64,000 bases of DNA from an uncultured Chloroflexia bacterium (GTDB lineage Bacteria; Chloroflexota; Anaerolineae; CG2-30-64-16). The first letter of the stretch is position 1; every line of letters begins with the position of its first letter. The notes below the pieces were generated by a model, which worked only from the letters and a program-made list of their open reading frames with translations, made no database searches and was not told the DNA's origin. The stretch spans positions 64,001-128,000 of the forward strand of contig CAWEMM010000001.1 in the NCBI GenBank assembly GCA_963810095.1, in the 5' to 3' direction. Positions 56,982 to 64,000 of this stretch are shown in pieces. The translations under genes were made by a program, and so were the position numbers.

Positions 56982-57208
56982 GCGGCTTTCAGCAGTGGAA
57001 TCTGCCTTTCCTGCAACGAGACTGCCGCGAACGCCAGCGCGTTGCGGATATCTTCCACCACCAGGTCGGGATAGGCGGCCAAAATCTCTTCCTCGCGCAA
57101 GCCGTCCGCTAACATTCCGATGACGGTGGCCACAGGTATGCGCAGGCCGCGAATACAAGGCACACCGCCCATCTGGTACGGATCAACCGTTATTCCCCTA
57201 ATCTCCAC
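56978..57208 (-). CDS. DUF433 antitoxin (VapB45-like)
   Basis: [23 protein letters not shown]...[17 protein letters not shown]; RBS AGGAGGTGA. Confidence 0.92.
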   Translation of the reverse strand: MEIRGITVDPYQMGGVPCIRGLRIPVATVIGMLADGLREEEILAAYPDLVVEDIRNALAFAAVSLQERQIPLLKAA

Positions 57209-57348
57209 ATCTCACCTCCTGACCTATCGTACCAGCACGCATCGGCAGCGCGAGCAAGCCATGGTATACAGCGGGAAATCCGATCGCGCCAGATCGGAGC
57301 CCGGGCCACGGAGCCTGGCGCCTTTTTCAGTATTTTACACACAGTTAT

Positions 57349-57377
57349 TTGCATTTATTCACCCCCTATGATACACT
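57349..57377 (+). promoter_or_regulatory. sigma70 promoter of the suf operon in an AT-rich patch
   Basis: TTGCAT-17bp-TACACT with TG extension. Confidence 0.65.
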
Positions 57378-57462
57378 ACCTACGTCTCAAAGAGGAGTAA
57401 CGAGCAGGTATTGGCGAGCAAGTGCGGGCGTCAAGTAGCGGACAGCGCAGGGGAAGTGCAGA

Positions 57463-58092
57463 ATGTTCCAGAAACAACTTACGGGCAGCCCGGCGGGCGA
57501 GGTGCTCACGCTGCTGCAGCGCAAGGGCATGGCCACCGTCAAGGAGCTTGAGGATGCGATGGACGTCACCGCAACTGCGGTGCGCCAGCAGCTTAACTTG
57601 CTCCTGGCTGAAGGTTTCATCGAGCAGCGCACGGAGAACATCGGGCGCGGGCGGCCGAAACACGTCTATTCGCTGACGGCCAAGGGCCGGGCGCTCTTCC
57701 CGCACCATTATGACGAATTCACCAACTCGCTGCTGCGGGAGATCCTCCTGGTGGAGGGGCCCGGCAAGGTTGAAGAGCTGCTGGGCCGGATGTCGCGACG
57801 TATGGCCGACCAATACAGCCAACAGATCGCCGCGCGGCTCCCTGAGGAGCGGGCGCAGGCGCTGACGGAGCTGCTGAATGCCAAGGGCATTATGGCCGAG
57901 GTCTACTTCGAGCCGGACGGCATCGTCTTTCGCGAGTACACCTGCCCCTACTATGAGCTGGCGCGCGAGCACCGGGCCATCTGTGACATGGAGCAGGACA
58001 TGATCGAGCAGGTGATGAACCAGCCGGTGGAGCTGGTCTCTTGCACGCTCGACGGGCACCACGGGTGCCAGTTCAAGATCGAATCCAAATAG
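57463..58092 (+). CDS. sufR: SufR-type HTH Fe-S regulator
   Basis: wHTH (TAVRQQL..L..G, GRGRPKHVYSLT), C-terminal CPY..ICDMEQ..C..GC Cys cluster; first gene of the suf operon. Confidence 0.85.
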   Translation: MFQKQLTGSPAGEVLTLLQRKGMATVKELEDAMDVTATAVRQQLNLLLAEGFIEQRTENIGRGRPKHVYSLTAKGRALFPHHYDEFTNSLLREILLVEGPGKVEELLGRMSRRMADQYSQQIAARLPEERAQALTELLNAKGIMAEVYFEPDGIVFREYTCPYYELAREHRAICDMEQDMIEQVMNQPVELVSCTLDGHHGCQFKIESK

Positions 58093-58175
58093 CACGGTAC
58101 GGAGCACGCGCGGAAAGCCGCCGTCAGCCCCGACGCAAAGAAAGCTGATCCTACCCTATCGAGGAGCTGTAAGGC

Positions 58176-59009
58176 ATGTCTTCTGAGTTGGTCATCAAAG
58201 ATCTGTTTGTGAATGTCGACGGGAAGCCGATCCTGCAAGGCGTCAACCTGACGATCCGCCAGGGCGAAGTGCACGCGATCATGGGGCCCAACGGCTCGGG
58301 CAAGAGCACCCTGGCCTATACGATCGCCGGCCATCCCCACTACGAGGTTGTCTCGGGCGACATCCTGCTCGACGGGCAAAGCATCCTCGCAATGGAAGCG
58401 GACCAGCGCGCTAAGGCCGGCCTGTTCCTGGCGTTTCAGTACCCAACGGCTATTCCCGGCGTCAGCATGGCGAATTTCCTGCGCCAGGCAGTCAGCGCAG
58501 TGCGCGGGTACACGGAGAAGGCTAAGGCGCAAGTCAACGACGGCGGAAGCGCCAAGCCCATCGGCTCCGAGCTCATGCCTATGCGCGAGTTTCGCAAGGA
58601 ACTGACCTCGAAAATGGACCAGCTGCACATCGACCAGTCCTTCGCGCGGCGCTATTTGAACGACGGGTTCTCTGGCGGCGAGAAGAAGCGCGCTGAAATC
58701 CTGCAGATGGCCATGCTCGACCCGAAGATCGCGATCTTGGACGAGACGGACTCGGGCCTCGACATCGACGCGCTGCGCGTCGTGGCCGAGGGCGTCAACA
58801 GCCTCATCGGCCCGAAGCTTGGCGTCTTGTTGATCACCCACTACCAGCGGCTGCTCGACTACATCAAGCCGCAGTTCGTACACGTCTTCTACAACGGGCG
58901 CATCGTACGTTCGGGTGGGCCTGAGTTGGCGTTGGAGCTGGAAGAGCAGGGCTACCAGCAGATTCGGCAGGAGTTCGGTGAGCCGATGTATGGCGAGGAA
59001 ATCGCGTAA
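58176..59009 (+). CDS. sufC: Fe-S assembly ATPase SufC
   Basis: [50 protein letters not shown]. Confidence 0.97.
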   Translation: MSSELVIKDLFVNVDGKPILQGVNLTIRQGEVHAIMGPNGSGKSTLAYTIAGHPHYEVVSGDILLDGQSILAMEADQRAKAGLFLAFQYPTAIPGVSMANFLRQAVSAVRGYTEKAKAQVNDGGSAKPIGSELMPMREFRKELTSKMDQLHIDQSFARRYLNDGFSGGEKKRAEILQMAMLDPKIAILDETDSGLDIDALRVVAEGVNSLIGPKLGVLLITHYQRLLDYIKPQFVHVFYNGRIVRSGGPELALELEEQGYQQIRQEFGEPMYGEEIA

Positions 59010-59031
59010 AGGATAGAAGAGGAGCGACGCA

Positions 59032-60450
59032 ATGCCTGCGACCGAATCAGAGCAGAAAGAACTTACGGACCTGAAGTCCGATTATGCATATGGCTGGAGC
59101 CAGCCCGAGAATTACGCCTTCAAGGCGCGCAAGGGGCTGGATCACGAAATCGTGGAACAGATCAGCACGATGAAGCACGAGCCGGACTGGATGCGCAAGC
59201 TGCGGCACGACGCGCTCGACATCTTCCTGTCCAAGAGCATTCCAACGTGGGGTGCGGACCTGAGCGGGATCGACTACCAGGACATTTACTATTACATCAA
59301 GCCGACCGAGGCGCAGGGCAAGACTTGGGACGAGGTGCCGGCGGACATTAAAGAGACGTTCGACAAGCTGGGCATCCCCGAGGCCGAGCGCAAGTTCCTG
59401 GCCGGCGTGGGGGCGCAGTACGAGTCGGAGGCCATCTACCACTCGCTCAAGCAGGAGTGGGAGAAACTCGGCGTGATCTTCGTCGACTCGGACAGCGGCT
59501 TGCGCGAACACGAAGACATTTACAAAGAGTACTTCGGCACGGTCGTGCCGTCGACCGATAACGTGTTCGCGGCGCTTAACACCGCGTTCTGGTCGGGCGG
59601 CTCCTTCGTCTACGTGCCGAAGGGCGTGCACCTCGACATTCCGCTGCAGGCCTACTTCCGCATCAATGCGCAAAGCATGGGGCAGTTCGAGCGGACCCTG
59701 ATCATCGTCGATGAAGGCGCAACCGTCCACTACGTCGAAGGCTGCACTGCGCCAAGCTATTCGCAGGACTCGCTGCATTCGGGCGTCATCGAGATCATCG
59801 TGCGCAAGAACGCGCGCTGCCGCTATACCACCATCCAGAACTGGTCGACCAACGTATACAACCTGGTCACCCAGCGTTCGCTGGTTTCCGAGGGCGGCAT
59901 GATGGAATGGGTGGATGCGAACCTGGGGTCGAAGGTCACGATGAAGTACCCGTCGGTGTATATGATGGGGCCCGGCGCACGCGGCAACATCCTTTCGATG
60001 GCCTTTGCCGGTCCTGGTCAGCACCTGGATACGGGTGGCAAGCTCGTTCACGCAGCGCCGAACACCTCCAGCCAGCTGATCTCGAAGTCGATCAGCAAGG
60101 GCGGCGGCCGCGCCTCCTACCGGGGGTTGCTGAAGGTGGCCAAGGGCGCCAACGGGGCCAAATCAAACGTCGTCTGCGACGCGCTCCTGCTCGACGAGAA
60201 GAGCCGGTCGGACACATACCCGTACATCGAAATCGACGAGGAAGACGTGACGGTCGGGCACGAGGCGTCGGTCAGCAAGATCGGCGAGGAGCAGCTCTTC
60301 TACCTGATGAGCCGCGGCCTGAGCGAGGACGAGGCCAGCGCCATGATCGTCTCCGGCTTTATCGAGCCGATGGTCAAGGAACTGCCCATGGAATACGCCG
60401 TCGAAATGAACCGCCTGATCCAGCTCCAGATGGAAGGCTCGATCGGTTGA
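59032..60450 (+). CDS. sufB: Fe-S assembly scaffold SufB
   Basis: [57 protein letters not shown]. Confidence 0.97.
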   Translation: MPATESEQKELTDLKSDYAYGWSQPENYAFKARKGLDHEIVEQISTMKHEPDWMRKLRHDALDIFLSKSIPTWGADLSGIDYQDIYYYIKPTEAQGKTWDEVPADIKETFDKLGIPEAERKFLAGVGAQYESEAIYHSLKQEWEKLGVIFVDSDSGLREHEDIYKEYFGTVVPSTDNVFAALNTAFWSGGSFVYVPKGVHLDIPLQAYFRINAQSMGQFERTLIIVDEGATVHYVEGCTAPSYSQDSLHSGVIEIIVRKNARCRYTTIQNWSTNVYNLVTQRSLVSEGGMMEWVDANLGSKVTMKYPSVYMMGPGARGNILSMAFAGPGQHLDTGGKLVHAAPNTSSQLISKSISKGGGRASYRGLLKVAKGANGAKSNVVCDALLLDEKSRSDTYPYIEIDEEDVTVGHEASVSKIGEEQLFYLMSRGLSEDEASAMIVSGFIEPMVKELPMEYAVEMNRLIQLQMEGSIG

Positions 60451-60467
60451 GGCCAGAGGATAGAGTC

Positions 60468-61793
60468 ATGACAGTTGAAGTTCAAGTTGCAGCCAACTAT
60501 TCCCAGGCCTCGGTCGAGGCGTTGTCGCTCAGCCGGCACGAGCCCGACTGGATGCTCGAACTGCGTCTGCGGGCGTGGCGCTTCTTCCAGGAGATCCCAT
60601 GGCCCACGGGCAGTGAGGAGACCTGGCGCCGCACCAAGCTGACCGGCTTCAAGCTCGAGGAATTCGTGCCGCTGGCCGGCGCAAGCGCACTGGCCGGAGC
60701 AGGCGCACCGGCCGCGCTGCCTGAGGAAGTCACCAAGGCCCTGACCGAGGTGGACAGCGTGGGCGAAATCGCATTCGTCGACGGCGCCCGTGCTCACTAC
60801 CGGCTCGATCCGGAACTGGCCGCGAAAGGCGTGGTGTTCACCGACCTTGCTACTGCCGTGCGTGACCATGCGGACCTGGTCCAGCGCGCCTTTGGCGCGG
60901 CTGTGGCCACCGACGAGAACAAATTCAGCGCACTGCATTACGCGCTGTGGAATTCTGGCACGTTCGTGTATGTGCCGCGCAACGTGGTCGTCGAGAAACC
61001 GCTGCAGGTGGTGATCGACCAGAGTGCGGGCAAGAAGGCAGGCTTCCATCACACGCTGGTGCTCACGGAGCAGGGCGCCGTGGTAACCCTCGCCGAGGAC
61101 TTCATCAACGCCGACGGCGGCATGCAGGACTCGGCCGTGGAGCTTCTTGCGGGCGCGAACAGCCAGCTGCACTACCTGCACCTGCAGAACCTGGCCGACA
61201 CGGCGTGGAACTTCACAACCCAACGGATGAAGCTGGGCCGCGACAGCCTCCTGCGCCACTTCATCGGGTCGTGGGGCAGCCGGCTGAGCAAGGCCTGGTT
61301 GAACATGGACCTCGACGGCCAGGGCAGCCATGGCGAGCTGCTGGGCCTGTATTTCCCCGGCGGCCGCCAGCACCTGGATCATCACACGAACCAGCTGCAC
61401 AAGGCGCCAAATGCGACGAGCGACCTGCTCTACAAGGGTGCGCTCAAGGACCGGGCGCGGTCGGTATACCAGGGCTACATTAAGGTGTACCCGCATGCGC
61501 AGAAGACCAACGCATACCAGGCCAACCGCAACCTGATGCTGAGTAAGACGGCGCGTGCCGACAGCATCCCGGGCCTTGAGATCGAGGCCGACGACGTGCG
61601 CTGCACCCACGGCGCGACCGCGGGCCAGGTGCCGGCAGAGTACGTGTTCTATCTCATGTCCCGCGGCGTCGACCGGACCAACGCGGAGCGCATGATCGTC
61701 CAGGGCTTCTTCGAGGAAGTCCTCAACCGCATTCCTGTCCCAGGCGTGCGTAACAAGCTCGAAACCGAGATCGCGCGGAAGTTGGGACTTTAA
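60468..61793 (+). CDS. sufD: Fe-S assembly protein SufD
   Basis: EPDW..R, ETWRRT, SDLLYKG, AQKTNAYQ.NRNL, PGLEIEADDVRCTHGAT, FYLMSRG. Confidence 0.95.
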   Translation: MTVEVQVAANYSQASVEALSLSRHEPDWMLELRLRAWRFFQEIPWPTGSEETWRRTKLTGFKLEEFVPLAGASALAGAGAPAALPEEVTKALTEVDSVGEIAFVDGARAHYRLDPELAAKGVVFTDLATAVRDHADLVQRAFGAAVATDENKFSALHYALWNSGTFVYVPRNVVVEKPLQVVIDQSAGKKAGFHHTLVLTEQGAVVTLAEDFINADGGMQDSAVELLAGANSQLHYLHLQNLADTAWNFTTQRMKLGRDSLLRHFIGSWGSRLSKAWLNMDLDGQGSHGELLGLYFPGGRQHLDHHTNQLHKAPNATSDLLYKGALKDRARSVYQGYIKVYPHAQKTNAYQANRNLMLSKTARADSIPGLEIEADDVRCTHGATAGQVPAEYVFYLMSRGVDRTNAERMIVQGFFEEVLNRIPVPGVRNKLETEIARKLGL

Positions 61794-61879
61794 TGGGACG
61801 CGGATTGAACTGATTTGCAGGATCCCTTCTTGAGGCCAATCAGGTAGATCAGTCTGCTCAGTTCAATCTGTGTGCTATT
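61792..61879 (+). repeat. Intergenic palindromic element, subfamily B
   Basis: aatgggacgcggattgaactga pairs with tcagttcaatctgtgtgctatt; shares aatgggacgcRgattgaac with the 40636 element. Confidence 0.85.
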
Positions 61880-61897
61880 CAGTATCGGGAGGCGCAG

Positions 61898-62749
61898 ATG
61901 GACCAGGGGTATGTACATCCTGAGAAGTTGGTTTCGACGGAGTGGGTGGCAGAACACCTAGGCGACCCGGGCGTACGGATCGTGGAGTCGAACGAGGACA
62001 TCCTGCTTTACAGCCGGGGCCACGTTCCCGACGCCGTGCACATCGACTGGGTGGCCGACCTGAACGATCCGATCGAGCGCGACTACCTGAACAAGGAACA
62101 GTTCGAGCGCCTGATGTCGCGGAACGGCATCGACAACGACACGTTTGTGGTTTTCTACGGCGACAAGAATAACTGGTGGGCGTGTTACGCGCTCTGGATT
62201 TTCGAACTCTTCGGCCACACCAAGTCGGCGGTCATGGACGGCGGCCGGGTGAAGTGGGAGCAGGAGGGCCGGCCAATGAGCAAGGACGTGCCGCGCTGTG
62301 AGCCCACGGAGTACCACGCCCGCGAACGCGACGACAGCCGTATCCGGGCCTTCCGCGACGACGTCATGCAGCATGTGCAGGCGGGTCTGCCCCTGGTCGA
62401 CGTGCGCAGCCCGGGCGAGTACACCGGCAAGCTTTATCACATGGAAGGGTACCCGCAGGAAGGTGCGCTGCGCGCCGGCCACATCAAGGGCGCAGTTAAC
62501 GTGCCGTGGGCGAAAGCCGCCAATCCCGGCGATGGCACTTTCAAGAGCGCCGACGCGCTCCGTGCCATCTACGAGCAGGAACAGGGCTTGAAGCCTTCGG
62601 ACAACGTGGTCGCGTATTGTCGCATCGGCGAGCGATCGAGCCACACGTGGTTCGTGCTCAAATACCTGTTGGGCTACGAGAACGTGCGGAATTACGACGG
62701 CAGCTGGACCGAGTGGGGCAACCTGGTCGGCGCGCCCATCGAGCGATAA
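61898..62749 (+). CDS. Two-domain thiosulfate sulfurtransferase (SseA/CysA-like rhodanese)
   Basis: [50 protein letters not shown]. Confidence 0.93.
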   Translation: MDQGYVHPEKLVSTEWVAEHLGDPGVRIVESNEDILLYSRGHVPDAVHIDWVADLNDPIERDYLNKEQFERLMSRNGIDNDTFVVFYGDKNNWWACYALWIFELFGHTKSAVMDGGRVKWEQEGRPMSKDVPRCEPTEYHARERDDSRIRAFRDDVMQHVQAGLPLVDVRSPGEYTGKLYHMEGYPQEGALRAGHIKGAVNVPWAKAANPGDGTFKSADALRAIYEQEQGLKPSDNVVAYCRIGERSSHTWFVLKYLLGYENVRNYDGSWTEWGNLVGAPIER

Positions 62750-62755
62750 ACGCTC

Positions 62756-62816
62756 AACACAAAGACACATAGGCACAACGCTGAATAGGTCCTTTGTGTC
62801 TCGGTGTCTTTGTGTT
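62756..62816 (+). repeat. Intergenic palindromic element, subfamily A variant (AACACAAAGACAC.../...GTGTCTTTGTGTT)
   Basis: aacacaaagacacataggcacaacg versus reverse complement of right arm aacacaaagacaccgagacacaaag; 8-nt period. Confidence 0.85.
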
Positions 62817-62834
62817 AAAAAGAGGATTGCCGGC

Positions 62835-63230
62835 ATGGATCGACAACAGCAGATCGACTTCATCCTTGACCATTACGAGAACCCGCGGCATTACGGGGCG
62901 ATTGAGGACGCGACTGTGACGCAGAAGGGCGGGAACCCCGGCTGCGGCGATATCGTCACGTTCTATCTGAAATTGGGCGAGGATGGCCGCATCGAAGCCA
63001 TCTCGTTTGAGGGTGAAGGCTGCACGATCAGCCAGGCCGCCTCGTCGCTGGTGACGGAGATGTTCTTCGGCAAGACGCTCGAAGACGTGGAACAGACGTC
63101 GGGCGAGGCCATCCTGGACATGCTTGGCCGGGAGTTGGCCGCGACGCGGCTCAAGTGCGCGACCTTGGGGTTGAACACGACGAAAGAGGCGGTGCGCCAG
63201 GTGCGCCGCCACCGGAACAGGAGAAAGGGC
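62835..63230 (+). CDS. sufU: SufU/IscU-type scaffold or sulfur acceptor; true stop obscured, reads through into hicB
   Basis: ILDHYENPRHYG, NPGCGD, FEGEGCTISQAASS, RLKCATL. Confidence 0.88.
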
Positions 63231-63231
63231 A

Positions 63232-63441
63232 ATGAGGTACTTGTTCACTGCTGTGGTCGAAAAGGATGCCGAGAAGATGTTCGTCGCCGATGTTCCCGGA
63301 GTTCCGGGGCCGTAAGCCAAGGCGAAACGATCGAAGAGGCGGTGACGAACCTGCGGGAAGCGACTGAGATGTCCTGGAGGACGGTAGCCCACATTGCCGA
63401 GTCCGCGGACTTGTCGGTTCACAACCTTTGAGGCAGTCTGA
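63232..63441 (+). pseudogene. hicB: HicB-like antitoxin, frameshifted (real decay or sequencing error)
   Basis: RBS AGGAGA; MRYLFTAVVEKD..FVADVP then, in shifted frame, AVSQGETIEEAVTNLREATEM; ends TTFEAV*. Confidence 0.75.
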
Positions 63442-63445
63442 TCAA

Positions 63446-63665
63446 ATGGGGAACTGTCCCCGTACTCGGGGCCCCAGGCGAGTTCCGGGCGCTTCAGAGC
63501 GACTTGGCTTCGAACGAGTCAGGCAGACGGGGTTCAGCCATGCAGTATGGCACCGGATGGCAGATGAACGGTAGATAGGTTCCACGGGGCCCGATACCCG
63601 CACGAGCTACGGCAGATTGGCAGGGATGTCGCAACATAGTGAGGCAGCTGCTGGAGCACAGGTAG
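63446..63665 (+). pseudogene. hicA: HicA-like mRNA interferase, multiply frameshifted
   Basis: Fragments across frames RAL../RLGFERVRQTG/SHAVW, ..HG.., ELRQIGRD match the HicA LxxxGFxxxRQxGSH pattern; directly follows hicB. Confidence 0.6.
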
Positions 63666-63694
63666 TATCCAGGCAGGACTTCAAGAGGTCAATT

Positions 63695-64000
63695 ATGATT
63701 CGCTACAACTTCATAGGTAGATTGGACGTCCAGCGCATTCGCGCCGACTTCCCCATTCTGAACCGGCAGGTCAAGGGCAAGCCGCTGGTTTACCTGGATA
63801 GCGCAGCTTCGTCACAGAAGCCGGTCCAGGTGCTCGACGCAATGGACCGTTATTACCGCGAGATACACGCAAACGTGCATCGCGGGGTCCATACGCTGAG
63901 CGAGGAAGCGACCGCGGCCTACGAGGGTGCCCGGGCGAAGGTTTCCAGCTTCATCGGCGCGTGCTGCCCGAAAGAGGTCATCTGGACGCGCAATGCGACC
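63695..64000 (+). CDS. sufS: Cysteine desulfurase SufS, N-terminus only (runs off the window)
   Basis: [53 protein letters not shown]. Confidence 0.95.
   Translation, partial: MIRYNFIGRLDVQRIRADFPILNRQVKGKPLVYLDSAASSQKPVQVLDAMDRYYREIHANVHRGVHTLSEEATAAYEGARAKVSSFIGACCPKEVIWTRNAT

Noticed and set aside
62796-63431. Apparent SufU-HicB fusion ORF
   Set aside because: hicB has its own RBS and ATG at 63232 in another frame; the read-through most likely reflects indels

Overview
GC-rich (visually ~65-68%) chromosomal window, most consistent with a Chloroflexota (Anaerolineae/Caldilineae-like) genome; this assignment is inferred from gene style and the GNAC-N4-GTNC LexA-type boxes. It holds mainly housekeeping and envelope genes: the end of a glycosylation operon, yigZ, capA-like, a dynamin-like GTPase, uvrA, miaB, two LysM surface proteins, trmFO, pdp, an alaS-(baseplate-J-like)-ruvX-mltG operon, a GH3 glucosidase, a small detox/resistance block, serC-serA-DUF1015, a large secreted double nucleotidase, a DUF433/PIN toxin-antitoxin pair, and a sufR-C-B-D-rhodanese-sufU-(hicBA)-sufS operon running off the right edge. 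Many genes, including essential alaS, are broken by small indels, which points to an unpolished long-read assembly rather than real pseudogenes. I saw no tRNA, rRNA, CRISPR array, integrase or transposase. The most unusual signal is six intergenic palindromic elements in three sequence subfamilies. Each has 8-9-nt periodic arms, the same purine-arm-first polarity, and sits shortly after a stop codon between co-directional genes; pairs of them bracket serA and the suf rhodanese gene. Other leads: an orphan membrane-anchored baseplate-J-like gene translationally coupled to alaS, a multi-hairpin leader plus a WalR-like box at the LysM pair, DUF1015 in place of serB, and a hicBA module inside the suf operon.
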